From NCBI GenBank assembly GCA_038087875.1, contig CM075990.1:13578001-13642000 (forward strand): a stretch of DNA of 64,000 nt, given 5' to 3'. Shown here piece after piece: positions 26,728 to 39,030 of this stretch. The stretch is from Malacoraja senta (Eukaryota). Under the pieces are notes generated by a model. That model was not told the DNA's origin, did no database searches, and saw nothing but the letters and a program-made list of their open reading frames with translations. The stretch's first letter is position 1. Every line of letters begins with the position of its first letter. The translations under genes and the position numbers were made by a program.

Positions 26728-27047
26728 AGGGGCTGTCCCACCGTACGAGCTAATTCAAGAGTTCTCCCGAGTTTCCCCTGATTCGAACTCGGAGAATTAC
26801 GGTAATAGCCGCTCGTAGGGACTCGGGGCTCTCGTGGACATTTTTCAACATGTTGAAACATCTTCACGAGTCTTCATGAGCTTACCGCGGTTTCCCGAGA
26901 ACCTGCCGTTAGCGTAACGAGCTGCTAAGAGACGTCCCGAGCTCCGATGTACCCGCTACGTACATTCTACGTGCTTACCACGAGTTTGATTTTTGTTTTT
27001 TTACTCGGGAAAGCTCTTGACTTAGCTCGTACAGTGGGACAGCCCCT
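26728..27047. mobile_element. PIF/Harbinger-type MITE, 320 bp, same family as 16060 in opposite orientation, inserted in CR1
   Basis: TIR aggggctgtcccac / gtgggacagcccct, TTA TSD (26725-26727 / 27048-27050). Removing it restores CR1 sequence agctttaaggtga. Confidence 0.88.
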
Positions 27048-28569
27048 TTAAGGTGATAGGGGCAAAGTTGCAAAGGAGATGTGCCGGACAAGTTCTCGTC
27101 AATGATTTGTGGGTGCCTGGAACATACTGCCAGGAGTGGTGGTGGAGGCAGATAAAATAATGGCATTGAAGAGGCTTTTAAATAGACACATGGACATGCA
27201 TGGAAGGTATTGATATGTACAAGCCCAAGTCATGTTCCTTAAGATTTTCGCTAGGTTCCACCATGGTCATGGCAGGAGGACTGGAGGTAGTTCCATAGAT
27301 GTTCACTGCTTTTTACTTACAATGGTGCAGACCATTGCATTAAAATCAAAGGTGATGTTCCAAAGTAGTGCGGAGGTAATGGTGCACTGTTTGAGGGGCT
27401 TTCTGTCGGAATACAAACATCCCATGGCATTATTTCTAAGAAGGAAACTCTCACTGATGGTAATCCTACCACCAATCAACAACTAAAGTGATTGGGGTAG
27501 AAATTGTACCTTACCTAGCAAAGAGAAACACTTGCCGGATGTCCTCAAAGCCATTGCGAAAAAAAAGTAACATTCTAATATGAGTTCTAATCCAAGTCCC
27601 CCAAACTGATGGAGAAGTATCTGGGAAGGCTTGGACCTCCAAGCAGATGAAGTTTCTCCGATGAATCATGTATAAGCAAGTGATTCTTGCTTATACATGA
27701 TTATACAAAATCAGACCAGTTAGCTTACAATTTGCAAATATCTGAGGGAACATTTAACAAACCGAACAACCGACCCACCTGCCCGCCAAGTCCTACCTCT
27801 TTCATGTGTGATAGTCTGTACATTCTGCCTGGTTCACATTGGTTACCTCATAAACATTGTGGAACCGTCCGAGGGGCAGTTGAGGACAGAGAATACTGTA
27901 TGACGCGTGTAGTCCATTCCAAAATTTGTACCATTGAAAGTGTTGTACAGCACAACTATACTGTCCAGTATAGCATGGGTGAACTTCTACCGCATGATCC
28001 AGTCATTACTGCACTGCTGTGTTATAGCTGTTGCTCTGTGGACGCTGGCTGCTGTCTTTCCTGCAATGTAACAGCATGTCAAATCGTCATTCACTGGATG
28101 AAAGACATCTTGTCCCATGGTTTTGATGGGCATTAAATAAGAACAGAAGAAATAGAAGCAAGAGGAGGCTTCTCAGCCCCTCATACTTTCTCGGCCACTC
28201 AGTAAAACCATGGCTGACCTTTTATCTCAGTGCCACTTTTCTGCATTAAACTCACCTCCTTTGATTTGCTTAACAAAAAAAAATCTGTCGGAATATACTA
28301 AATGACTGAGCCTCCACAATCTTCCTGTGTAGGAAATTCCAAAGACATTTCTTCTCATCCTTGTCGTGAATGACTGACTTCTTATTTTCAGACTGAATCC
28401 CCCAGTTCTGTACACTCCAGCCAAGAGAAACATCATCTATACTTTGATCTTATCAAACCATCAGCAATTATGTTTCAATCATATCATCTATAAACTCTAG
28501 TGTTCAAGTCCAGTGGACGCGGGGGTCTGGACCAATCGCTGACACGCCCCGCCCCCCAGCGAGGTCATG

Positions 28570-28826
28570 TCCGTTATTTGACTTTTCGGCGTTGCGCCCT
28601 TTCGGTTAGTTAACTTTTCAGCGATGTGCCCTTTCGGTTATTTGGCTTTTAGGCATTGCGTCCGTACGGTTATTTGGCTTTTCGGCGTTGCGCCCTTTCG
28701 GTTATTTGGCTTTTTTCGGCGTCGTACACTATCGGTTATTTGGCTATTCGGCGTTGTTTCCGTTCGGTTATTTGGCTTTCACTTCTTCACTTCGGCATCT
28801 CGTCCTTCGACGCCACGTCCGCACAC
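28570..28826. repeat. Tandem array with a 30-bp unit made of two 15-bp subunits (TTCGG periodicity)
   Basis: About 7 units of ttcggttatttggcttttcggcgttgcgccc with variants. Confidence 0.9.
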
Positions 28827-29267
28827 GGGTGAGCTACTCCAGCCCAATAGCCTAATTCTGCTCCTATGACATGGTCTTAGGGAAAGGGGAATACTGGCAG
28901 ATTGAATAGTAACTTTTAAAATCAGACCAGTTAGCTTACAATTTGAATGGGTTTTGCAGAATTGTGCTTGCAGATGAAACTGACTAGACACAAGGGAGCC
29001 CTTGATTCACCAATCAAATCATTGCATGCAATAACCTTGTATGACAGTGAATTATTATGACAGCGACAGAATTGTACAAGAAGGATCTTGCATTTATGAT
29101 ACTTCTCTGGCCTTACAATGTGCAATACTGATTTTGCTTCCACGAAATTGTGTATTAAATGTAGCCATTGTCGCACACTTGAATTTTACGAATTTCCTAC
29201 CATGAAATTTGAATCATGTTTTTACATTTCAAGATTGTCAGAATATTCTTTTATTCATTAATTATTA

Positions 29268-29526
29268 CGACCATACAGGTGACCCCCTGGCGACCTCTCA
29301 CGACCATACAGGTGACGCCCTGGCGACATGCCCCCTGGTGACACTCCGCGACACCCGCTACATGTCGCCAGGGGGTCGCCTGTATGGTCATGAGAGGTCT
29401 CCTAGTCACCCAAAGAGTCGTAGCGTCTTTCTGGCCGCCGTTGAATTTTCAACATGTTGAAAATTTTCGGCGACCTATGTCGGGTGCCGTCAGTCGCCGA
29501 AAAAGTCGCATAAGTGGGAGAGGCCT
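29268..29526. mobile_element. Left-truncated Harbinger-type MITE
   Basis: Degenerate right TIR agtgggagaggcct, internal repeats (cgaccatacaggtgac x2 and its inverse) and the aattttcaacatgttgaaaatt palindrome shared with the 16060 family. Confidence 0.7.
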
Positions 29527-29811
29527 TTTACTTTTTTCAGGTTAAGTGAGGAACTTTGGCCAGGAAGAGCCCTTTACTCTCTGATGGGATTTTTAATACT
29601 TGCTTTAAAGGTTGGATTTCAGATGGTGTTTCAGATACTTAAGACAATGTACCACTCAATCCTGCACCTTGGGTTGTGAGCGCATAATTCTCTTTTTCAG
29701 AGATGAAGATATTAACAATCGGCAAACAGATCGTGGGCCCTCAGTTTGGGTAACGTGAATGTTTTCATATAAGTGTGGCTAAAGAATATCTCCCTATCTG
29801 TGTGTTTGCAG

Positions 29812-29888
29812 TTTGGCGCTAACTATCATGGTCTTTGTCAACTATGGAGGAGGGAGCTACTGGTTCTTTGAACATGCCCCATGGAATG
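29812..29888 (+). CDS. HGSNAT: HGSNAT-family coding exon (equivalent to human exon 8), 77 bp
   Basis: tgtttgcAG acceptor and GTattg donor. Translates (G)[25 protein letters not shown](G), matching human [27 protein letters not shown], including the active-site His and the VNYGG Asn. May be a paralog rather than the ortholog. Confidence 0.95.
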
Positions 29889-30820
29889 GTATTGTAATAG
29901 AAGTTACTTTTTCATTACCAAACAAAAAGCATAGACACCATAATATACTGTATAATGAACATTTTTGCACTGCATTAGAAATGGAAATTTATGTATTAGT
30001 AATCAGAATAGTCAATAACTTTTAATTTCAAGATCATTGCTAAATTTGAGACGGGGAGCTTCTGGTGAATGTACAATGTTTTAGTTTATTTACAGAATTA
30101 GGTTTTGCATTTTTTTCCTCTGATTTTCACAACTCCATTAAAATCTGACATCACCCAATAACTATCAAAGAGTCTGTTTACAAAACCCTTTTGTCTGACG
30201 CACTCTCAGGTGGAGCAAAAAAAAGTTGGATTCACAAGAAATGGGGATGGACAATCAAACCTCAGACCCCAAAATAAATGCAGAAAGCAGAAGTGACTTC
30301 TGCGTTTCATTATTGTGCTCAAAAACGTCACACAGAATGAATAATAGTTATTTGGGGCGGCAGGAGAGAGGCAGGTGAAGAGATGCAGTTGTTGATGCTC
30401 AACCAGTAACCCAAGTGCTTGCTACCTCCACACTATCCTCCCAGCAGGAGAGATGTGAACTGGACAGTGGCCGCCTTGATGCTGCTGTACTTCAGGTGAA
30501 TTCAGCTTCCCTCCGTTATGAACATAAATCATAGAAAAGTACAGGACAAGAATTGGTACTGGCCCACAATGTCCGTGCCAAACACAAGGCCAAGATCATC
30601 TACCTGCACATGATCCACACGCCTCCATTCCCTGCATATCCATGTGCCTTTCTAAAAGCCTCTTGAATGCCACTATTGTATTGATTACTGATTACTAGTT
30701 TACTAAGGAGGAAGGTGGTGGTTGGCTATGGTAGCGTTAGCCAAGATCCAACAGTAATTATGTATTGCAGAGAGTCAAGCAAAGGCTGGACTTATCCACA
30801 ATTCTTCCAATGAGGTACAT

Positions 30821-30821
<1 letters not shown>

Positions 30822-30859
<38 letters not shown>
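30822..30859. repeat. (AT)n microsatellite
   Basis: Directly visible. Confidence 0.97.
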
Positions 30860-30861
<2 letters not shown>

Positions 30862-31272
30862 ACATCAGATATACAGGACCAGAGTCTAATGTAGAACAAC
30901 TGAATTCGCAGTCGAAAATACAAATCCTTGGCCATTGATTCAAAATAATTCCTTTATGAAAGCAATAAATCAAAAATTATGATCAGAATTAATATTCACT
31001 AGAGATTTGCAACCCGAGTCTCTGTTGCTATTGATTGACATATTCCTGCAGGTTTTTAAATCTCAAGTCAATTTTACAGGAAGCATATTTCTGCAGGGCC
31101 ACATGCTAAGCATCCACAAGACCGTTCATAAAACTTAATAAATCTTCCTCAGGGAGGGGAGATGGAGTAATGGGAGGTGGGGGTGGAGCCGCAGGCTTAC
31201 CTGACTTGAGGTCAAAATGGACATTGGATTAATAGTTGGTTGATGCAGAGCAGAAGGACAGCAATCCTGCCT

Positions 31273-31408
31273 TGATCAGTCTGTAGAAGGGTTTTGACCC
31301 GAAACATCACCCATTCCTTCTCTCCAGAGATGCTGCCTGTCTTGCTGAGTTACTCCAGCATTTTGTGTCTATCTTCGGTTTAATCCAGCATCTGCAGTTC
31401 CTTCCTAC
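31273..31408 (+). mobile_element. Penelope-derived arm with tail
   Basis: 12-bp duplication gcaatcctgcct (31261-31272 / 31409-31420). Confidence 0.8.
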
Positions 31409-31846
31409 GCAATCCTGCCTCCATCAGTTGCTATTCTTAATTGCTCTAAGCAAATAGTTGGAGTTAGTTCCTCTGGAGGAAGGTAGACAGAAACTGCTGG
31501 AGTAAATCAGTGGGACAGGCAGCAATTCCGGAGAGAAGGAATGGGTGACGTTGCGGGTTGAGACCCCTGGAAGCCTCCATACAGGCTAGGATTTTTCTGG
31601 TGAAGCGATGGAAGGAAGATTGAAGACATGGGTGAAGAACTGGTGCTTTCTGCTGCCTTTCAAAGATGACAGCAGGATGGGAGAGACTGGTGGGAAGCCG
31701 GTGCTCAGCTAAGAGGGATTTGGGAATGTAAATAAAGATTTCTATCTGTATTTAACTTTAACAAACATTTGAAAATATGAACAATATTCTACTGTAGAAT
31801 TAAATACATTTTTGTCACCTTGTATGTATTCTTTCTTATTTTCCAG

Positions 31847-31877
31847 GATTGACTGTCGCTGACCTTGTGATGCCCTG
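31847..31877 (+). CDS. HGSNAT: HGSNAT-family coding exon (equivalent to human exon 9), 31 bp
   Basis: Pyrimidine tract ending ttccAG, GTgagc donor. Encodes GLTVADLVMP(W) (human GLTVADLVFPW). Phases match both neighbouring exons. Confidence 0.95.
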
Positions 31878-32530
31878 GTGAGCAATAATGAAAGTGTTGA
31901 TGTAATTATACCAACATTTCTCATTTCTTGGCCCATGGTTACAGCCCATATTCAGCATTTATTTTTTGTACAATTATGCTTTTCCTAAATCAGGTAGGAA
32001 CTGTTCTTTAATAGAAGATAGACCCAAAACACTGGAGTAACTCAGCGGGGCAGGCAGCAACTCTAGAGAGAAGGAATGGGTGACGTCTCAGGATTGCCTA
32101 TTTTTTAGAGGAAAAATAGAATACAGGAATGTACAAAAAATGAGAAGAAGGCCAGGCAACGGGATTGCTATTGCATTTGGCTGCACAGGCAAGCTGTGCT
32201 GAATGTCCTCCGCCTGTGCTTATGTTTCCGCGGAACTTAAATTCAAAATCTTTGGAGTCAGATGAATGTTCTACCAGCCAAGCTAATAAAATACACACGG
32301 TTTGAAAACACACCAACTAGTCAGCACTGGTTCTCTTGTGAGAATTTTTCAGTACTTGTGAAGCTCCGTTTGTTCTTACACCATCCATGCGTAGTAACAA
32401 TCTCCTGCAATGTCCTTTACTGTCAATCGAAAGTTCCACATCTGGATTCACTAATGCTCACAACCCCACATAGGAAACTAATCGGCAATCCTACTTCCAC
32501 CTCTGAATAACTGTCAGCGTGGAAGTAGAG

Positions 32531-32858
32531 TTTAGTTTAGTTTAGTTTAGAGATACAGCGCGGAAGCAGGCCCTTCGACCCACCGGGTCCGTGCCGACCA
32601 GCGATCCCCGCATATTAACACTATCCTACACACACTAGGGACAATGTTTACATTTACCAAGCCAATTAACCTACATACATATCTGTACGTCTTTGGAGTG
32701 TGGGAGGAAACCGAAGATCTCGGAGAAAACCCACGCAGGACATGGGGAGAATGTACAAACTCCGTACAGACAGCACCTGTAGTCCGAATCGAACCCGGGT
32801 CTCCGGCGCTGCGTTCGCTGTAAGGCAGCAACTGTCCTGCTGCACCACCGTGCCGCCC
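32531..32858 (-). mobile_element. tRNA-derived V-domain SINE
   Basis: Full head (gggcggcacggtgg...gggttcgattc), V domain and (CTAAA)n tail. Confidence 0.87.
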
Positions 32859-34709
32859 TAAATAAGGACAAGATTGGTTTGTGGCAAGACTCACGTCACC
32901 GAAGGATTCCAAATTACATTACATTATGCCCAGTGCCTGCTAAAAGCTGTGGTAGGGCAGGACTGACTGAACCAGAGGCGTGCAAACTTCAGATCAGAAC
33001 AGCTCACCTGCAGCAGAGTGTGATGCCAAAATCGTAGATAACCAAAGACAATAGACAATTGTCAATAGGTGCAGGAGTAGGCCATTCAGCCCTTCGAGCA
33101 GCACCGCCATTCAATGGGATCATGGCTGATCATCCCCAATCAGTAACCCCAGAAGGACCATCAGGGTTCTGTTTCAATGCAATTGTGGTTGTTGGTCAAT
33201 AAAGCACTTTAAAAGTATTGAAACAGTTTCCATTGAGAATTATCATCCACTTCACAAATCATTACAATTAATGGCAGACATCGTGGAGCTACCTAAGGTG
33301 GAGTTTAACCAGCTCCACAATAGTTGATTTAGTTTGGGGTGGCAGGACGTCACTGTGTTTCACAAATGAAAATTGACTCAAGATAAACACAGTCCAGAAC
33401 AAGAAGAATGACATGCATTTATAGAGCACCTCATCATATCTTTCAACACTCTTTATCCCCAACTGCTTCATATGCAGGCAATTACTTTGAAGTACTGTGA
33501 CTTACTGTGTAGGTGAACTACACAAGCCAGTTGTTGCTGGCAAGATCCTAAAAACATCAGTGAGATGAGATGATGAACTCTTTTGTGGGGTGAGGGGTGG
33601 GTTTGCAAGAGGATAAATGTAGGACAAGACATTGAATAATCCCTTGATTTTCTGGTTTTATATTCCATCATAATGAGATCGTTGTGACACTGCAAGACTC
33701 CCTCAACTGCACTGCTCAATTAGTCTAGATTATGCGTTTGTATTCCTGAATAGGGAATTGGTCAGAAACCCAGGGGTATCTGGTGAGCGGGCACAAACAC
33801 ATACGAGTATTTCATCACCTTTTCTCTAATCCAAGATGCTAAACAATAAAGGAGAAGAAAAGCACATCATTCTTCATTTTTTCCTCCAGCCTAATGTGGT
33901 CAAAAGGGATTAGTGCTGATAGGCATCGTAGTTGACTTAGATAACTTGGGCCAATGGAGCCCGTTTCTGCACAGTATGTTTCCATTATTCTATAGAACAA
34001 GCCTACCTTTCATTGGAAAGAAAGCAGAATATATTGGTCACAACCAGCCTGTCAGTTAGCATCCATGCAGAGACCACATGTTTCAATCTTTCATCAGAAC
34101 TAATACTTCAAAGCTGCTGAGTCTGCGTTCCCAGCATTTACTGTTGTTTCCAATTTACAACACCTTTGCTTTTCAATCTTTCATTAGCCTTTTGATTGAT
34201 GCTCTCTCTCAGAAAACCTTTACAGAGCCTCTGTGGCACTTTGAACATAACTAGATCGTTCCGAAGGCTCCTGAATGCCTTCTCAGGATATTCTGTGAAA
34301 TGTTCGTAGAGAAATTGCTGACATTTAATGACATACACATACAAGTGCACTCAGAAACCTAGGCGTGCACTCACACATACATGTACTCACTCCCATTCAC
34401 AAAGACACATTGAAAATATTTTGAAGTATGAACAAAATTATGTTAACACGTAATAATATACATTTAAACATTTTAACAACTCACCACAAAAACATATTCC
34501 ATTTGACTCCTGTTATATCTTAATGTGCCTTGCTCCACAAATGTAGCAATGGAAGATGTTCAAACTTGCTGGAAACAGTTTATTATTAACAAATGATAAC
34601 ATCCTGGTTTGGATAATTTAATTTACTCTTGGTCTGTTTTTGATTTCTTTGCGCAGGCTGAATATATTGTAGTATGTTTACCGATTGTGTTAACAGAATA
34701 TAAATCCTG

Positions 34710-35090
34710 GAACAATAAAGTCCAAAAACAGGCCCTTCAGCCCACAATGTCTGTGCCAAAGTTTTTATTTTATTTTCCCAAGTATTTGAGTTTTCTATTC
34801 TGGGAAAAAGGTTCTGACTGTCTACCCTATCTGTGCCTCCTATAATTTTACATACTTTTATCAGGTCTCCCTGCAGCCTCCAGCATAATCCAAGTCTGTC
34901 CAACTTCTCCCTGTAGCTGATAGTCCCTAATCCAGGCATCATTCTGGTAAACCTCCTATGCACCTTTTCCAAAATCTTCACATGGTGAACGACCAGAACT
35001 GTATGCAATATTCAACATGCAGCCTAACCAAAGTCCTGTAAGGCTGCATCATGACTCCTTGACTCTTATACTCAATGCCCTGACCTATGA
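34710..35090 (-). mobile_element. Degenerate CR1 fragment
   Basis: LEKVHRRFTRMMPGL...YREKLDRLGL...LQGDLIKVCKII in ORF 34586-35008. Confidence 0.8.
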
Positions 35091-35114
35091 AAACAACCAG
35101 GCAAAGGCATCGAC

Positions 35115-35327
35115 TCCTTTAAGTCGAGACTTAAAACTCATCTCTACTCCCAAGCCTTTCTTGATGTCCTCTGAGCGAGGGCTATATGTATGTAGTGATG
35201 TTTGTATTTAATCTATGAACCACTGTTGTTTGTTATACTATTCTTATACCAATGTAAGGCACTTTGGCCAACGAGAGTTGTTTTTTAAATGTGCTATATA
35301 AATAAAAGTAACTTGACTTGACTTGAT
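35115..35327 (+). mobile_element. L2-type LINE 3' end
   Basis: tttaagtcgagacttaaaactcatctctac (FKSRLKTHLY)...gtaaggcactttgg...aaatgtgctatataaataaaa, followed by an (ACTTG)n tail. Confidence 0.7.
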
Positions 35328-35354
35328 AAATGGTAATGTGTGTTGTGTCCTCAG

Positions 35355-35515
35355 GTTTGTTTTCATCATTGGTACATCCGCAGCCCTGTCCTTCAGTGCC
35401 ATGCTCCGACGAGGTGTCCGTCGACTGCAGTTGCTGCGAAAGCTGTCCTGGCGAACTGCCATCCTGCTTCTGATCGGAGCGTTCTTCATCAGCTATGGTC
35501 CAGCAGATGGTCCCA
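35355..35515 (+). CDS. HGSNAT: HGSNAT-family coding exon (equivalent to human exon 10), 161 bp
   Basis: cctcAG acceptor and GTgagt donor. Encodes FVFIIGTSAALSFSAMLRRGVRRLQLLRKLSWRTAILLLIGAFFISYGPADGP (human [41 protein letters not shown]...GP). Confidence 0.95.
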
Positions 35516-35696
35516 GTGAGTTTACCACCCACGGGCCCAGCTCTTCCAACTGGCCTGACTCTTTCTGTGATTTTAATAGGGGAAGTGAAGAACAAAAACA
35601 TTAGCTAGAAATTCTTTGCATGAAGGAATTAACAGCCTGATTACATTGCACAGTTCGTGAACGGCAACAGCCATTAGATTCTCTGAATGTGAAGGC

Positions 35697-35960
35697 AAAC
35701 CCAGAGACCCGGGTTTGATCCCGACTGCGGGTGCTGTCTGTACGGAGTTTGTACGTTCTCCCCGTGACCTCGTGTGTTTTCTCCGAGATCTTCGGTTTCC
35801 TTCCACACTCCAAAGATGTGCAGGTATGTAAGTTAAATGGCTTGGTGTATATATAAATTCTCCCTCGTATGTGTGGGATAGTGTTCATGTGCGGGGATCG
35901 CTGGCCAATGTGGACTCGGTGGGCCGAAGGTCCTGTTTCCGCGCTGTATCTCTAAACTAA
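35697..35960 (+). mobile_element. tRNA-derived V-domain SINE (head partly missing)
   Basis: ccagagacccgggtttgatcccgact...gggccgaaggtcctgtttccgcgctgtatctctaaactaa. Confidence 0.85.
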
Positions 35961-36649
35961 TTTGATGCCACTTCTGCCATACTATTGTACAGCACAGCTT
36001 AAATAGGATTGAGAGGTTGACACCCTTTGAATTTTTCACTTGTCTCATTTTCCACTTGCAGTTCTCCTTCAGACCATTTGATCTCTTCCTGATTGTGCCC
36101 TAGCTCATCAATCCCACAGCCCATCTCACCAGTAATTTATGCACATTAATTCCAAGCTTACACTCCCCACCACAGGCCCCATTCCTACACACAAGATCCT
36201 ACTTTCCCCAGCTGGAAGATCTGTCCCTCTCTCACCAGAGACTGTGTGGCCTTACAGAACAAAGTGAAGAAAAACCCATTTGAGCATTTACTCCTCAGTC
36301 TGGAGCAGGATCTTGACCTGAAATGTTGTAGAAACATAGAAACATAGAAAATAGGTGCTGGAATTACAATGTCAGAATTCTGTTTAAAATAAACATCATT
36401 TTGACTTTCAAATGAAACTAATGTTACCCACCGTTGAATGGTCCCAATAGCCTCTGTTGAAGGAGTGAACCTGACCTTAATGCAGATGTTGCCATTGTTC
36501 TCCTTAAGATTACCACTGTACCACACACAAGACTAACAATGGTTGCAAGAACCAGTTGTAGGAAAATACTTGTGGCTTGGAACATCTCTTACTAATTTTG
36601 ATGAGAAAAAAAAGTAAATTTATTTCCACGGAAGCTGGTTTACAAAAAA

Positions 36650-36830
36650 AAGATACAAAGTGCTGGAGTAACTCAGTGGGTCAGTCAACATTTCTGGAGA
36701 ACATGCATAGGTGACGTTTTGGGTTGGACCTTTCTGTAGACCAGATTGAAGAAGGATCCTGACCCGAAACATCACCATTCATGTTCTCCACAGATGCTGC
36801 CTGACCTGAGTCACTCCAGCATTTTGTCCT
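36650..36830. mobile_element. Older fold-back Penelope-derived insertion
   Basis: gctggagtaactcagtggg...gaagaaggatcctgacccgaaacatc...actccagcattttg. Confidence 0.7.
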
Positions 36831-38519
36831 TTTGTGAAATACTTTGTAACATTGTTTTGTTTAACTTTGATCTAGAATGAGGTGGAGGTGGTGGTGGTCA
36901 GGGGGGGGGGGCGGCTGTTTCACAGAGTTTGAATTCTTAAAAAGTCCACGTTTATTGCTTGATCAGTGAAAGTAGAAATTACTTCTTTCGTACAGAAGTG
37001 CACAGACAAAGGTTATCACTTCTTACTGTCCAACAAGCATTCTGTGGCAGACTAATTGTCGCTCAGTTTTTAAAAATGACTAAATACATTCCTGGCTGCA
37101 GTTGTCCAGCCAAAATGTCATGTTATCAATGTCAGGCATTCCATAGTGAGTACTTTGGTCTGCAGTATTCCATATTAACATGCCATTATTGTTTCTCACT
37201 CTGGGGAAAAGATATCTTGTTAATCCAGTTTTCTGAAAATATTGATGGCAATAATCTGATTCAGGGATTTCTTGTGAATTATGATCAGATCAACTATTTG
37301 ATGCCCGACAGTCATATGATTTAATGCCAGTCTCTCAGGCAACAGTGCAATCTTCTAATACAATATTACTCCCTTTAAAGGCCACCATTTCCACTTCTCT
37401 AATTTCATAAAACTTTTTAGCTGAGGAATTGATTTAAATCCTGACTTTGTGCGAGAACATAATGTCAACCACATACTGCTTGGGTCAAAACTGAGCAAGC
37501 TTAGCGAGTCGAGTCAGATTCAGCTGCCTTGCGTTTCCAGTCACAACCAGTGAACCGATGCCGTTCCGTTCCAAAATGGCTTCTTGTTGCTCTCAAAGAT
37601 CAGCCAGATTGTGACCAGTTCTGGATGCCAGCTCAATATTGAGAATTGGGAAGGGACAGAGGTTGATTTGTGGGAGGTATGAGATTGGTTGCAGGATGTA
37701 CGGACCAAGATTATTTTTTGCTTAAATAAATTGCTTGGGTCAGAAATGTGGATTGACCAGGATGATGCCTGGATGGGGAATTATGGCAATATTGTAGCCC
37801 TATTTTAGATCCCATTGCCCATGGATGGAGCTCACTATAGAAGGGCAATGCCCTATCTTTATGCTTTATCAATATTGTAATAACGCCCCGGAAGTTGCAT
37901 GTTCATTTCTCCCAGTTTGTCAGTTACCAGCATGGTATACACAGCCTCACAAAGGTTTTCTCAACTAAACTGGATCTATCTTCTTCACCGGTTTGTTCAT
38001 TTCTTTTTGCCAATGTTACTGTCAATGTCCAGATCAGATCCTTGAGCTGAATGGGTTGTTGAACTATTCCAGAAGTCAATTTGAGTGCAACATTTGAGTG
38101 TTGCTTGACTTGGCAATGTTGCAAATTTCCTTCCTGAAGGGCATGTGTGAACCAAGTCAAATGTTACAATAATTTGGCTGTTTCTTAACTGGTTTTGACC
38201 GATAATTACTGGATTTAGATTTGTTATATAGTGGTGTCATTGTGTTATAGATCTTTGTGTGTAAATTATTCTGTTCACAGGTAGAATACAATGCACTGAT
38301 ACAAGTATACAATATGTTGAAAGCTACTCACAGGGAACAAATGTCTTGGCAATTATTTATTTTATTTCAGATTATTTAGTTAACTGTATTAGGTTCCTCA
38401 GCCATGATGATGGAAATTGAACTTGAGTATGGATTTCTTTCAGAACTCTGGATCGCTTGTCTAGTAACAACCATGTTCAGCTTAGGCATCATACTATCAT
38501 ACAACCCCAATAGCATAAC

Positions 38520-39030
38520 AGTGTCATAGATTCCTACATGATGGAAACAGGCCATCATGTCTATGCCACCCATCAATTACTTAGTTTACTAATCCCATTT
38601 ACTACCACTTGGTCCATCGACTTCCAGAACTCAGCGATTCAACCTGCTCATCCAGATATTTCTTAAATGTAGTGAGAGTCTCTGTCTTCACAACGTCTCA
38701 GTGTGCTTTAGATTTCATGTGGTCACTGCATGGAACTCTTAGCCTTTAACTGAAACATATGCTTGTTTTAGATGTTCCAGCAATGTGGAAAAGTTTCTAC
38801 TCTTCACCCTATTTGTGCTTCTCATAATTCCATATACCTTGATTAGATCGCTCTTCAGCTTCCTCTGTTCCAAGAAAAATAAACCCAGTCTATCCGGACT
38901 CTCCTCACAACTGAATTGTTCCATCATTGTAAATCTACTCTGCACCCCTTCCAGTGTTCTCATGTCCTTCCAGTAGTATAATGGCCGGAAATGTACACAA
39001 TACTTCAGCTGTGGCCGAACCAAAGTTTTG
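38520..39030 (-). mobile_element. Degenerate CR1 fragment
   Basis: LLYKTLVRPQLKYCVHF...LEGVQSRFT...DRLGLFFLEQRKL in ORF 38739-39179. Confidence 0.8.

Noticed and set aside
27687-28136. 149-aa Cys-rich ORF
   Set aside because: Non-ATG start, no recognisable domain and no splice support.
28570-28826. Constant/variable alternation superficially like a CRISPR array
   Set aside because: Eukaryotic context, 15-bp units, variable parts homologous to each other, and no cas genes.
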